This document shows positions 7,229 through 13,609 of a DNA stretch of 16,001 nt, in pieces. The translations under genes were made by a program, and so were the position numbers. The stretch is taken from the IMG/VR virus record IMGVR_UViG_3300042888_000905; one strand, given 5' to 3'. The notes under the pieces are model-generated. The model was not told the DNA's origin and searched no databases. It saw nothing but the letters and a program-made list of their open reading frames with translations. This DNA comes from a virus. Position 1 is the stretch's first letter, and each line of letters opens with the position of its first letter.

Positions 7229-7312
7229 ATGGATCAACAACACCACCACCATTGGTTACAGGTCGGCGAAAAGACAACCTTCCAATGCGTCATCTGCTGG
7301 ATAAAAAAGTGA
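7229..7312 (+). CDS. Possible 27-codon upstream ORF (MDQQHHHHWLQVGEKTTFQCVICWIKK) overlapping the initiator gene start
   Basis: GGAG lies 6 nt upstream of ATG 7229, better than the RBS of the 7285 start. Ends at TGA 7310-7312, 25 nt inside the downstream gene in another frame. Confidence 0.3.
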   Translation: MDQQHHHHWLQVGEKTTFQCVICWIKK

Positions 7313-7908
7313 GTTTCAAACTCGTAAAGAAAATCATCCAGTCCGACCGGGTCGATGGCATGCACAAACTCATTCTCATAATTCTCGCCGACTATGTGAA
7401 CGAGTCCAAAGGGAACGCCGCATGGCCCAGCGTCACCACGGTCGCACTCAAAGCCGGGGCCAGCGTTCGGCATGCCCGGCGAATCATCCGCGAACTTGAA
7501 ACCGAGGGCGTTCTGAAAACGATTCGGCAGGCAGGTTTGCGTGGCACAAATAAGTACGTTATTGATGTGGATAGTCCTGTGGATAATGACACAGGGGCGG
7601 ACATGGGTGTCCTCCCTAGGGCGGACATTTACGACACCAAGGGCGGACATTTGAGACATGTAGGGGCGGACATGGGTGTCCGCCGAATAGATAAAGAACA
7701 GATAAGAATAGATACGTTCGACCGCGCCGCGCCCTCCGGGCAGGCGGCTGCGGTCTCACTACAGAATGATGATCCAAATGTTGCGACGGTCGCCCAAGCC
7801 TCCGGCGGCGACACGCCACAATGCCAAGAACACAACACACTAAACCTGCAATGCGAAAAGTGCTACGCTTACCAAGTAAGCAAATGGAGAAAGGAACCCC
7901 TAACATGA
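7285..7908 (+). CDS. Winged-HTH replication initiator-like protein (207 aa)
   Basis: ..MHKLILIILADYVNESKGNAAWPSVTTVALKAGASVRHARRIIRELETEGVLKTIRQ.. is a typical replication-protein wHTH. The gene contains an iteron array plus an AT-rich tract. Start ATG 7285 chosen; the track start 7192 lies inside the hairpin. Confidence 0.6.
   Translation: MRHLLDKKVSFKLVKKIIQSDRVDGMHKLILIILADYVNESKGNAAWPSVTTVALKAGASVRHARRIIRELETEGVLKTIRQAGLRGTNKYVIDVDSPVDNDTGADMGVLPRADIYDTKGGHLRHVGADMGVRRIDKEQIRIDTFDRAAPSGQAAAVSLQNDDPNVATVAQASGGDTPQCQEHNTLNLQCEKCYAYQVSKWRKEPLT
7594..7681 (+). repeat. Iteron array: four direct copies of GGGCGGACAT (starts 7595, 7619, 7641, 7664)
   Basis: The outer copies are identical 19-mers GGGGCGGACATGGGTGTCC (7594-7612, 7663-7681), each containing the inverted repeat GGACA/TGTCC. 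The inner copies are identical 13-mers AGGGCGGACATTT (7618-7630, 7640-7652). Spacing is 24/22/23 bp. Confidence 0.8.
7686..7714 (+). promoter_or_regulatory. AT-rich tract adjacent to the iterons (candidate DNA-unwinding element)
   Basis: AATAGATAAAGAACAGATAAGAATAGATA, with AATAGATA repeated at 7686-7693 and 7707-7714. It is markedly AT-rich relative to its surroundings. Confidence 0.5.
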
Positions 7909-8138
7909 TTACTCCACCACCCAAGGTCATCGGCGCAATGAAGCACCTATTGCTCGAACTCGAAAAAGTTGGGGCCATCAACCCCATCGACCGCGAACAC
8001 CTAATCCGCGAATACGTCATCGGCAGGATCATGAACTTCGGCCACCTCGCCGAATACCTGCTCGCCACCCGGGCAATCGGATTACACAACCACGACCAAA
8101 TCATCCGATACGGTCGACGCTACGGCGAAAACAGATAA
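7905..8138 (+). CDS. Hypothetical protein (77 aa)
   Basis: ATGA overlap with the initiator stop. GGAGAAAGGA RBS upstream. No recognisable motif. Confidence 0.55.
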   Translation: MITPPPKVIGAMKHLLLELEKVGAINPIDREHLIREYVIGRIMNFGHLAEYLLATRAIGLHNHDQIIRYGRRYGENR

Positions 8139-8150
8139 GGAAAACAGAAC

Positions 8151-8486
8151 ATGGCATTCATCAAAGTAGAAGGCATCGTCGATAAGCCACTCGGCGACCG
8201 AGGATTCATCCTCCTCGAAACAATCCGTCTCAACGACGGGCGCACATTCGACAAGAAGTGGAAGGTCTGGGCAATCCCAGCACCCGAATTTTCGTCGTTC
8301 GTCGAAGTCACCGGGGAACTCTCCACCAAAATCAACGAATACGAAATGGGTGGCGAAACGAGGCGCAACATTGATCTAAACGTCAACAACCCAGTCGTCA
8401 AAGTTCTCGGTGGCCCCGAAGCAGCTGCACCCGACGTGAACACCGAATGGGCAACCGCACCCACCACACAGGCGGCACCGTTCTAA
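8151..8486 (+). CDS. SSB-like OB-fold protein (111 aa)
   Basis: The pattern ..FVEVTGELSTKINEYEMGGETRRNIDLNVNNPVVKVL.. resembles the SSB beta-barrel core. It has a flexible Ala/Pro tail ending ..AAPF, as SSB tails end in ..PF. AAGGAAA RBS. Confidence 0.4.
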   Translation: MAFIKVEGIVDKPLGDRGFILLETIRLNDGRTFDKKWKVWAIPAPEFSSFVEVTGELSTKINEYEMGGETRRNIDLNVNNPVVKVLGGPEAAAPDVNTEWATAPTTQAAPF

Positions 8487-8620
8487 TGGCTAAATCGTAC
8501 AAAATGCGCATGTACCAGAGACGACTCTGGCAACACCGCACCCAAATTGCCATCACCACCATCGCCTTATGGTTCGCCATCATCGGAACCATTCTCGTCA
8601 TCGCGGAGTGGATCTCATGA
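8486..8620 (+). CDS. Small membrane protein (44 aa), below the ORF-track size cutoff
   Basis: Coupled at both ends (TAATG at 8484-8488, ATGA at 8617-8620). Product is MAKSYKMRMYQRRLWQHRTQIAITTIALWFAIIGTILVIAEWIS, a basic N-terminus plus one TM helix. Confidence 0.5.
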   Translation: MAKSYKMRMYQRRLWQHRTQIAITTIALWFAIIGTILVIAEWIS

Positions 8621-8868
8621 ACCTCGAAGCAATGCTGAACACCGTCACCCAACCACGCACCAAACAATGCAAACTCAACGTGTGGCTAACCACCCTCAAC
8701 GAGGATGACCGCAACGCATTCTGGCGCGCAATGGACAACGAGAACATTCCATTACGACACATCTGGAAAACCATTCAGGCCGTCGGATGCCCCAACCAAG
8801 AATCATCAGTCCGGTCACACCGACGCGGCGACTGCAAAACCTGCGAAAGGCAAATCAACAATGGCTAG
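8617..8868 (+). CDS. Putative HTH DNA-binding protein (83 aa)
   Basis: ..CKLNVWLTTLNEDDRNAFWRAMDNENIPLRHIWKTIQAVGCPNQESSVRSHRRGDCKTC.. resembles small phage HTH regulators with an ..RHRRG.C.C tail. Start at ATG 8617 rather than the track start 8569. Confidence 0.45.
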   Translation: MNLEAMLNTVTQPRTKQCKLNVWLTTLNEDDRNAFWRAMDNENIPLRHIWKTIQAVGCPNQESSVRSHRRGDCKTCERQINNG

Positions 8869-9016
8869 CATCTACGACATCGAAAAACAAGTTGAAGCAA
8901 TCCTTGCCCAGACACGGATTCTTTGCGAACTCATGGGAATCGACCCAATGCCCATGCCCAACGAAACACTCGGAGACGAACCATCTATCGAGGAACTAAC
9001 AGACCCCGATGCTTGA
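8861..9016 (+). CDS. Highly acidic small protein (51 aa)
   Basis: MASIYDIEKQVEAILAQTRILCELMGIDPMPMPNETLGDEPSIEELTDPDA. Start at ATG 8861 with an 8-nt overlap on the previous gene. About 12 acidic versus 2 basic residues. Confidence 0.5.
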   Translation: MASIYDIEKQVEAILAQTRILCELMGIDPMPMPNETLGDEPSIEELTDPDA

Positions 9017-10187
9017 CGATCTACTGAATACCCCACAGCCCCCGACGACTCCTGACCGTCGGGGTGCTGCGGTGTTCAGCCAAGAATGGAACGCAACCGG
9101 AGACGAATCCATCGTCACCACAATCAGCGACACCGAAGTCGCACACGAACAACTACACGACTTCATCACCAAACGCGGCGGAATCATCCCCGACGGCTAT
9201 GTGGCCACAATGCTGACCGCCAAATACAACCCAAACGCATGGACACGCGACAAACCATACGACGACTCCGGGCGACAAGCACCAGCAGTCACACGAGGCG
9301 CATGGTCATACACATTCAAAATCAGCAAACGAGTCGACCGTCAATCCCTAGTTGACGATCTAATCCACCTCACCAAAAGAAAGGCAGTAAAACGTGTTGA
9401 ACAGAAAACTGATGAACTCTTTGTCTTTGCCATGGGAGACTCTCAACTTGGCAAACCCGACGGAGACGGAACCGAAGGAATCATTACCGCGTGGGCGCAG
9501 AGCCTTGACCGGGCAAGTGCCGACTGGACCCGAATGGGAAAACCCTCGGTACTTATTGCAGGTCTCGGAGACCATCTGGAAGGAAATCAAAGCCAAGGCG
9601 GCCGAAACTTCTTCCGCTCCGACCTCACGATTTCCGAACAACTTCGGGTCTTTCGCCGGATGCTACTCCGGACCATCGATACATTCATTCAGGCACCGAC
9701 TGTCACGGTGGGCATTGTCAACGGCAATCACGATGACATCCAACGCTTCCAAACGACTGACGCGTCGGATGGACACGCTACTGAATCGGCAATCGCGGTC
9801 AGCGAAGCATTGGCACTCAACCCAGAACGATACGGCCATGTGCGTATGTACGTGCCAGGTAAAGACCAAGACCACTTGGTTCTCGAAGTAAACGGAACCA
9901 ACTTCGTACTGATCCACGGCCACCAATGGTCGCGTGGTAAAGCTATGGAATGGTGGGAGAAACAGACGTTCAACAACCACCCGGCAGGAGCAGGCCACAT
10001 CCTCATCCACGGCCATGAACACGAATTTCAAATCAGCAGCCGACGCGACCGTCTCGTCATCACCACACCAGCACTCGAATCCGAATCAACATGGTTCAAA
10101 CAAAAGTACGGCGCAGTTGGTCGTCGCGGTGTGCTGACATTCATCACCAAACCTGAAGGACAATTCGAGAGGATGGCAATCGTCTAA
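9009..10187 (+). CDS. Calcineurin-like metallophosphoesterase (392 aa) with a ~130-aa N-terminal extension of unknown function
   Basis: Ordered MPE motifs: FAMGDSQLG, GLGDHLEG, GNHD, LIHGHQW, HGHEHE. Confidence 0.85.
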   Translation: MLDDLLNTPQPPTTPDRRGAAVFSQEWNATGDESIVTTISDTEVAHEQLHDFITKRGGIIPDGYVATMLTAKYNPNAWTRDKPYDDSGRQAPAVTRGAWSYTFKISKRVDRQSLVDDLIHLTKRKAVKRVEQKTDELFVFAMGDSQLGKPDGDGTEGIITAWAQSLDRASADWTRMGKPSVLIAGLGDHLEGNQSQGGRNFFRSDLTISEQLRVFRRMLLRTIDTFIQAPTVTVGIVNGNHDDIQRFQTTDASDGHATESAIAVSEALALNPERYGHVRMYVPGKDQDHLVLEVNGTNFVLIHGHQWSRGKAMEWWEKQTFNNHPAGAGHILIHGHEHEFQISSRRDRLVITTPALESESTWFKQKYGAVGRRGVLTFITKPEGQFERMAIV

Positions 10188-10450
10188 TGCCAGCCAAGAA
10201 CAGACCTGATCTAAAAACTGCTGACTGGAAAACATTGCGCCTAGCCATACTTCAACGCGATGCACACACCTGCGCATATTGTGGGGCCGAGGCAGACACC
10301 GTCGACCACATCATTCCAACATCTATGGGCGGAACAGCAGACCCATCCAACCTGCTCGCAGCATGCAACCGATGCAACGGCACCAAGTCCAACAGGATCC
10401 ATGCCCGAACCAACTGGGTCAACACCCGGTGGGGGGTACGCCTATCGTGA
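10187..10450 (+). CDS. HNH endonuclease (87 aa), packaging-associated by position
   Basis: CAYCG...VDHIIP...GGT...NLLAACNRCNGTKSN is a canonical HNH motif. Lies immediately upstream of the terminase genes across the cos-like spacer. Confidence 0.9.
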   Translation: MPAKNRPDLKTADWKTLRLAILQRDAHTCAYCGAEADTVDHIIPTSMGGTADPSNLLAACNRCNGTKSNRIHARTNWVNTRWGVRLS

Positions 10451-10488
10451 CCGCAGCGTGACGGCCCTATAAGTCGTCGCACAAATTG

Positions 10489-10515
10489 TCCTCCATTTTT
10501 TTGGAGGGCATCTCC
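10489..10515 (+). promoter_or_regulatory. Alternative hairpins in the HNH-TerS spacer (candidate cos/packaging-recognition region)
   Basis: tCCTCCA (10489-10495), a T7 run (10496-10502), GGAGGg (10503-10508), then CTCCA (10511-15). The central TGGAG (10502-06) can pair with either flank. Confidence 0.35.
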
Positions 10516-10595
10516 ACATCCCGTGCCGTTCCCCCTGCCGCGCATATCAAAGAAAAAGGTTTGGGAATCGGCGCAAAACAAAGACAAGGAAAAGC

Positions 10596-10847
10596 ATGAC
10601 TAACGCATCGTGGCGCGATATGCCAACATCAAATAGCAAGGCCCTTGAGATGACACTTGATTCGCTTAGTTGGATCGGGGCGGAACACGCTGCGATTGTG
10701 GCGTTGTGTTTGGCAACTGCGAAATCGCTCGATGACGAATACACGGCCGCGAAGTCGTCGTCGTATCTGCAGGGCTTGCGGATGTTGCGGAACTCTGCCC
10801 CGGATGGTGCGCCCACCGATGCACTTGAAGCGTTGATGATCCGATGA
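10596..10847 (+). CDS. terS: Terminase small subunit (83 aa), putative
   Basis: Small helical ORF with an AAGGA RBS and an ATGA overlap with the large terminase gene. Assignment is mainly positional. Confidence 0.5.
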   Translation: MTNASWRDMPTSNSKALEMTLDSLSWIGAEHAAIVALCLATAKSLDDEYTAAKSSSYLQGLRMLRNSAPDGAPTDALEALMIR

Positions 10848-12259
10848 CGTTTGCGCCGACTCGTTACACGCCACCGTTGACAGATGCGTTCGAGTCGTCG
10901 ATTGACAAACTGTTGCCAGCGATTGAGATGGCTTGGTCGGTTGCGACTCCGGGTTTCAAGTTTGATGATTGGCAGGTCGAGTTGATGCGCCGCGTTACCG
11001 AGTTGTTGCCGTCTGGCGAACTGCGTTTTCGTAGTGTCGTAATCAGCATGGCGAGACAACAGGGAAAATCGGAAATAGTCGGCGGTTTGTCCGCGTGGGC
11101 AATTTTGCGAGAACCGGGAACGTATAACGTCGGTGTGGCTTCGACTGCTGAACAAGCACGTTTGGTTTATGACCGTTTGCAAAGAGTGATTGCGTCGAAT
11201 CCAGCGTGGTCGCGTCGGATGTCAAAGTTGACGGAGACGCGTGGTATCAAGACGCTTGACGGTTCGCGGTATGAGATCAAGGCGGCGAACGCGAACACGT
11301 TGCAGGGTATTCCGGTGTCGGTTGGCATTGTCGATGAAGTCCACTTGGTCGAGGCTAAAGTTTGGGATGCTTTATCATCTGGAACTGGCGCTCGAAAAAA
11401 TACGCTTTTGATTGGCATCACAACAGCAGGCGACGAAAACAGCGAATTGCTAAATCGTCTTTACAAGAATTGTGATAAAGCCATTGCTGGGGAACTGGAC
11501 AGATTTGGCGCGTGGATTTGGGAGGCTTCCGAATCGGTTGTGCCGGAGGATGACGACGAACTTATTGCGCTACTAATGGAAGCAAGCCCTGCCTTACAGG
11601 CTGGCCGTATAGATCCGAAACTGTTGTTGTCGGATGTGCGCGCGCTGCCCAAAGACGACATTATCCGTTACCGTCTGAACAGGTTTATTCAGTCCGGCAC
11701 TAAGACATTCATTCCGCCGGAATTGTGGCAGAAGTGTGAACGACCGTTTGGCGCGCAGCTGCCACAGGGTGAGTTTGTGTTTGCGGTTGACCGGACACCC
11801 GACTGGGAACATGCAAGCATTGCGGTATCGGTCAAGGTTGATGATGTGATCTACACGGAACTTGTGGCCAGCATAAATAAGCCGTCACTTGAACAACTGA
11901 TTTTCATTTGCGGTCAACTTATGTCACATTCACCGCGCGCGATTATCGTTGACGGTTACACGCTGCGCGATCTATACAAAGAACTGAAACTCCGTGGCTA
12001 CCCGGCAGAAACTGCGACGCTGGCTGACGTTGTCAACGCATCGTCGTTGTTCTATGCGCGGTTGGCGCGTAAGACGCTTCAGCATGGTGGCGACCCTTTG
12101 TTGTCGATTCAGATTCCGCGCACGGTGCGCAAAATGGTCGGCGAAGGCTTTCGGGTATCGCGGCGCGACTCGGCCGTCGAAATTGATGCAGTCATGGCAA
12201 CTTTGTTGTCAACGTTCGGCGCGGATACTTTGCGAGAACAACCGCTTCAGGTATTCTGA
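10844..12259 (+). CDS. terL: Terminase large subunit (471 aa)
   Basis: Walker A-like ..SMARQQGKSE.., Walker B ..VGIVDEVH.., ..ITTAG.. and a C-terminal nuclease-like half, in Terminase_1-type order. Confidence 0.9.
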   Translation: MTFAPTRYTPPLTDAFESSIDKLLPAIEMAWSVATPGFKFDDWQVELMRRVTELLPSGELRFRSVVISMARQQGKSEIVGGLSAWAILREPGTYNVGVASTAEQARLVYDRLQRVIASNPAWSRRMSKLTETRGIKTLDGSRYEIKAANANTLQGIPVSVGIVDEVHLVEAKVWDALSSGTGARKNTLLIGITTAGDENSELLNRLYKNCDKAIAGELDRFGAWIWEASESVVPEDDDELIALLMEASPALQAGRIDPKLLLSDVRALPKDDIIRYRLNRFIQSGTKTFIPPELWQKCERPFGAQLPQGEFVFAVDRTPDWEHASIAVSVKVDDVIYTELVASINKPSLEQLIFICGQLMSHSPRAIIVDGYTLRDLYKELKLRGYPAETATLADVVNASSLFYARLARKTLQHGGDPLLSIQIPRTVRKMVGEGFRVSRRDSAVEIDAVMATLLSTFGADTLREQPLQVF

Positions 12260-12343
12260 TTCTCTTATGGAAAATGAAAACGTAAACGGCTACGCAGTAC
12301 CACAGGACCCGATGGATCTCTTGCAATGCGATTCATGCCAATA

Positions 12344-12422
12344 GGGGATGAATAGGTTATTCGACGCGGTAAAACCCGAAAGGGAATTGCGGCGGACTTC
12401 GGTTCGATTCCGAACATCTCCA
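12344..12422 (+). ncRNA. tmRNA-like tRNA-like domain (mini-tmRNA) without a tag-template region
   Basis: Acceptor GGGGATG (12344-50) pairs with CATCTCC (12415-21), third pair G:U, followed by A (12422). T-arm is TTCGG/TTCGATT/CCGAA (12398-12414), preceded by GGAC. The 5' segment GGGGATGAATAGGTTATTCGACG resembles the conserved tmRNA 5' end. There is no anticodon arm. Instead a helix CGCGGT/ATTGCG is capped by CCC-GAAA-GGG. Confidence 0.6.
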
Positions 12423-12478
12423 CGACACGCCTGAATTACTTATTGCACTAGTGCAGAAAAGGTACCATACTGGTATCA

Positions 12479-13609
12479 ATGGGATTCTTAGATTTTCTAA
12501 ATCCAACGCGCGGCTTTGATATCGCGCAGTCTTTTGCGCCCGGATTCGAGGAACGCAGTTCAGGGATTATCCCACCGCCGCGTTCGGCGACTTCGGGGGT
12601 CACAACCAACGACGCTCTCTCGTTGGCTTCCGTCTACCGCTCCGTGTCTATCATCGCTACCGCGATGAAGCAGTTGGGCATTCACGTCTACCGTGACGAC
12701 GCCGAAGTGACCCCCACCCCTTTGGTTATCCGCCAACCGGACATCAAGGTCACACGCGAAGTGTGGATGGAACAAACCATCAACTCGCTGGCGCTCGCAG
12801 GTAACGCTTACTGGCTTATTGGTCGCAACGGTCGCGGCGAAACTATCAACCTCGAAGTTCTGAACCCATTCGAGATGATGATCCAGACTGATGACTACGG
12901 TACGGCGCTTTACTACGTTTACCGTGGCATTACGCGTTACGAACTCCGTGACATTCAGCAGTTGGCGATGATGCGTGTACCGGGCAATGTCTACGGCCTT
13001 GGGCCCATTCAGGCCGCGCAGAAAGAACTGCTGAACGCGCGCGACACACGCGATTACGCTTCGGTGTGGTTTACCGATTCGGGTATCCCGAACGGTGTGT
13101 TGAAGTCTGACCAGATGCTTTCACCCGATCAGGCCGCAGCTGCGAAGGATGCATGGAACCTGACCGCTGGTGCTAAGAACGGTGTGGCCGTTCTCGGTAA
13201 CGGTTTGACGTATCAGCCAATGTACCTGAACCCACGCGACGCGATGTTCCTTGAGGCGCAGGCATTCAACGTGCAACAGATTGCCCGGTTGTTTGGTGTT
13301 CCGGCAAACATGCTTCTCGCGTCGGTTGACGGAAATTCCATGACGTATTCGAATATGGAACAAGAACAAATGGGATTTGTTCGCTACACGCTTTCGCAAT
13401 ACATCGTCGAAATCGAATCGGCACTAAGCCACCTGATGACACGCGGAACAATGGTCAAAATCAATGTTGACTCGCTACTCCGTTCCGACACTCTTACACG
13501 TTACCAAGCGCACCAGATTGCCATTGCCTCCGGGTGGATGACAATCGACGAGGTTCGCGCCATCGAGGACATGCCGACTCTTGGAGGAGATTTTAGTGCA
13601 GTCAATTGA
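12479..13609 (+). CDS. Portal protein (376 aa), HK97-type
   Basis: Size, position after TerL and before protease/capsid, and typical portal stretches (..NAYWLIGRNGRGE..LEVLNP.., ..FGVPANMLL..NMEQEQMGFVRYTL..). No obvious SD. Confidence 0.85.
   Translation: MGFLDFLNPTRGFDIAQSFAPGFEERSSGIIPPPRSATSGVTTNDALSLASVYRSVSIIATAMKQLGIHVYRDDAEVTPTPLVIRQPDIKVTREVWMEQTINSLALAGNAYWLIGRNGRGETINLEVLNPFEMMIQTDDYGTALYYVYRGITRYELRDIQQLAMMRVPGNVYGLGPIQAAQKELLNARDTRDYASVWFTDSGIPNGVLKSDQMLSPDQAAAAKDAWNLTAGAKNGVAVLGNGLTYQPMYLNPRDAMFLEAQAFNVQQIARLFGVPANMLLASVDGNSMTYSNMEQEQMGFVRYTLSQYIVEIESALSHLMTRGTMVKINVDSLLRSDTLTRYQAHQIAIASGWMTIDEVRAIEDMPTLGGDFSAVN

Noticed and set aside
10489-10508. Rho-independent terminator after the HNH gene
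   Set aside because: The T-run forms the hairpin loop instead of following the stem. No U-tract follows on either strand.
10509-10517. 9-mer CATCTCCAC shared between the cos-like spacer and the 3' acceptor strand of the tmRNA-like element (12415-12423)
   Set aside because: A single 9-nt match between two ~150-nt regions is within chance expectation, roughly 0.1 by my estimate, and no extended similarity flanks it.
12267-12344. 25-codon ORF (MENENVNGYAVPQDPMDLLQCDSCQ) whose NENVNGYAV stretch loosely recalls SsrA tags such as ANDENYALAA; also the track ORF 11994..12344 in the same frame
   Set aside because: It lies outside and upstream of the tRNA-like domain rather than inside it. It has no RBS and continues 15 codons past the tag-like part. 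The longer track ORF is an alternate frame of terL. The resemblance is too short to exclude chance.
12344-12422. Canonical tRNA gene
   Set aside because: The acceptor and T-arm are excellent, but there is no D-stem. The best anticodon arm (CCGAA/AGGGAAT/TGCGG) has an A-G mismatch and G instead of U at position 33. The length is 79 nt without CCA. The 5' half fits the tmRNA pattern better, so I call it tmRNA-TLD-like, not tRNA.
12398-12422. attP core derived from the 3' end of a host tRNA/ssrA gene
   Set aside because: Integrative elements carry only the 3' part of the target gene. Here the matching 5' acceptor strand and the tmRNA-type 5' motif are also present and form a closed structure. 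I also find no integrase anywhere in the complete genome. This still needs comparison with the host ssrA.
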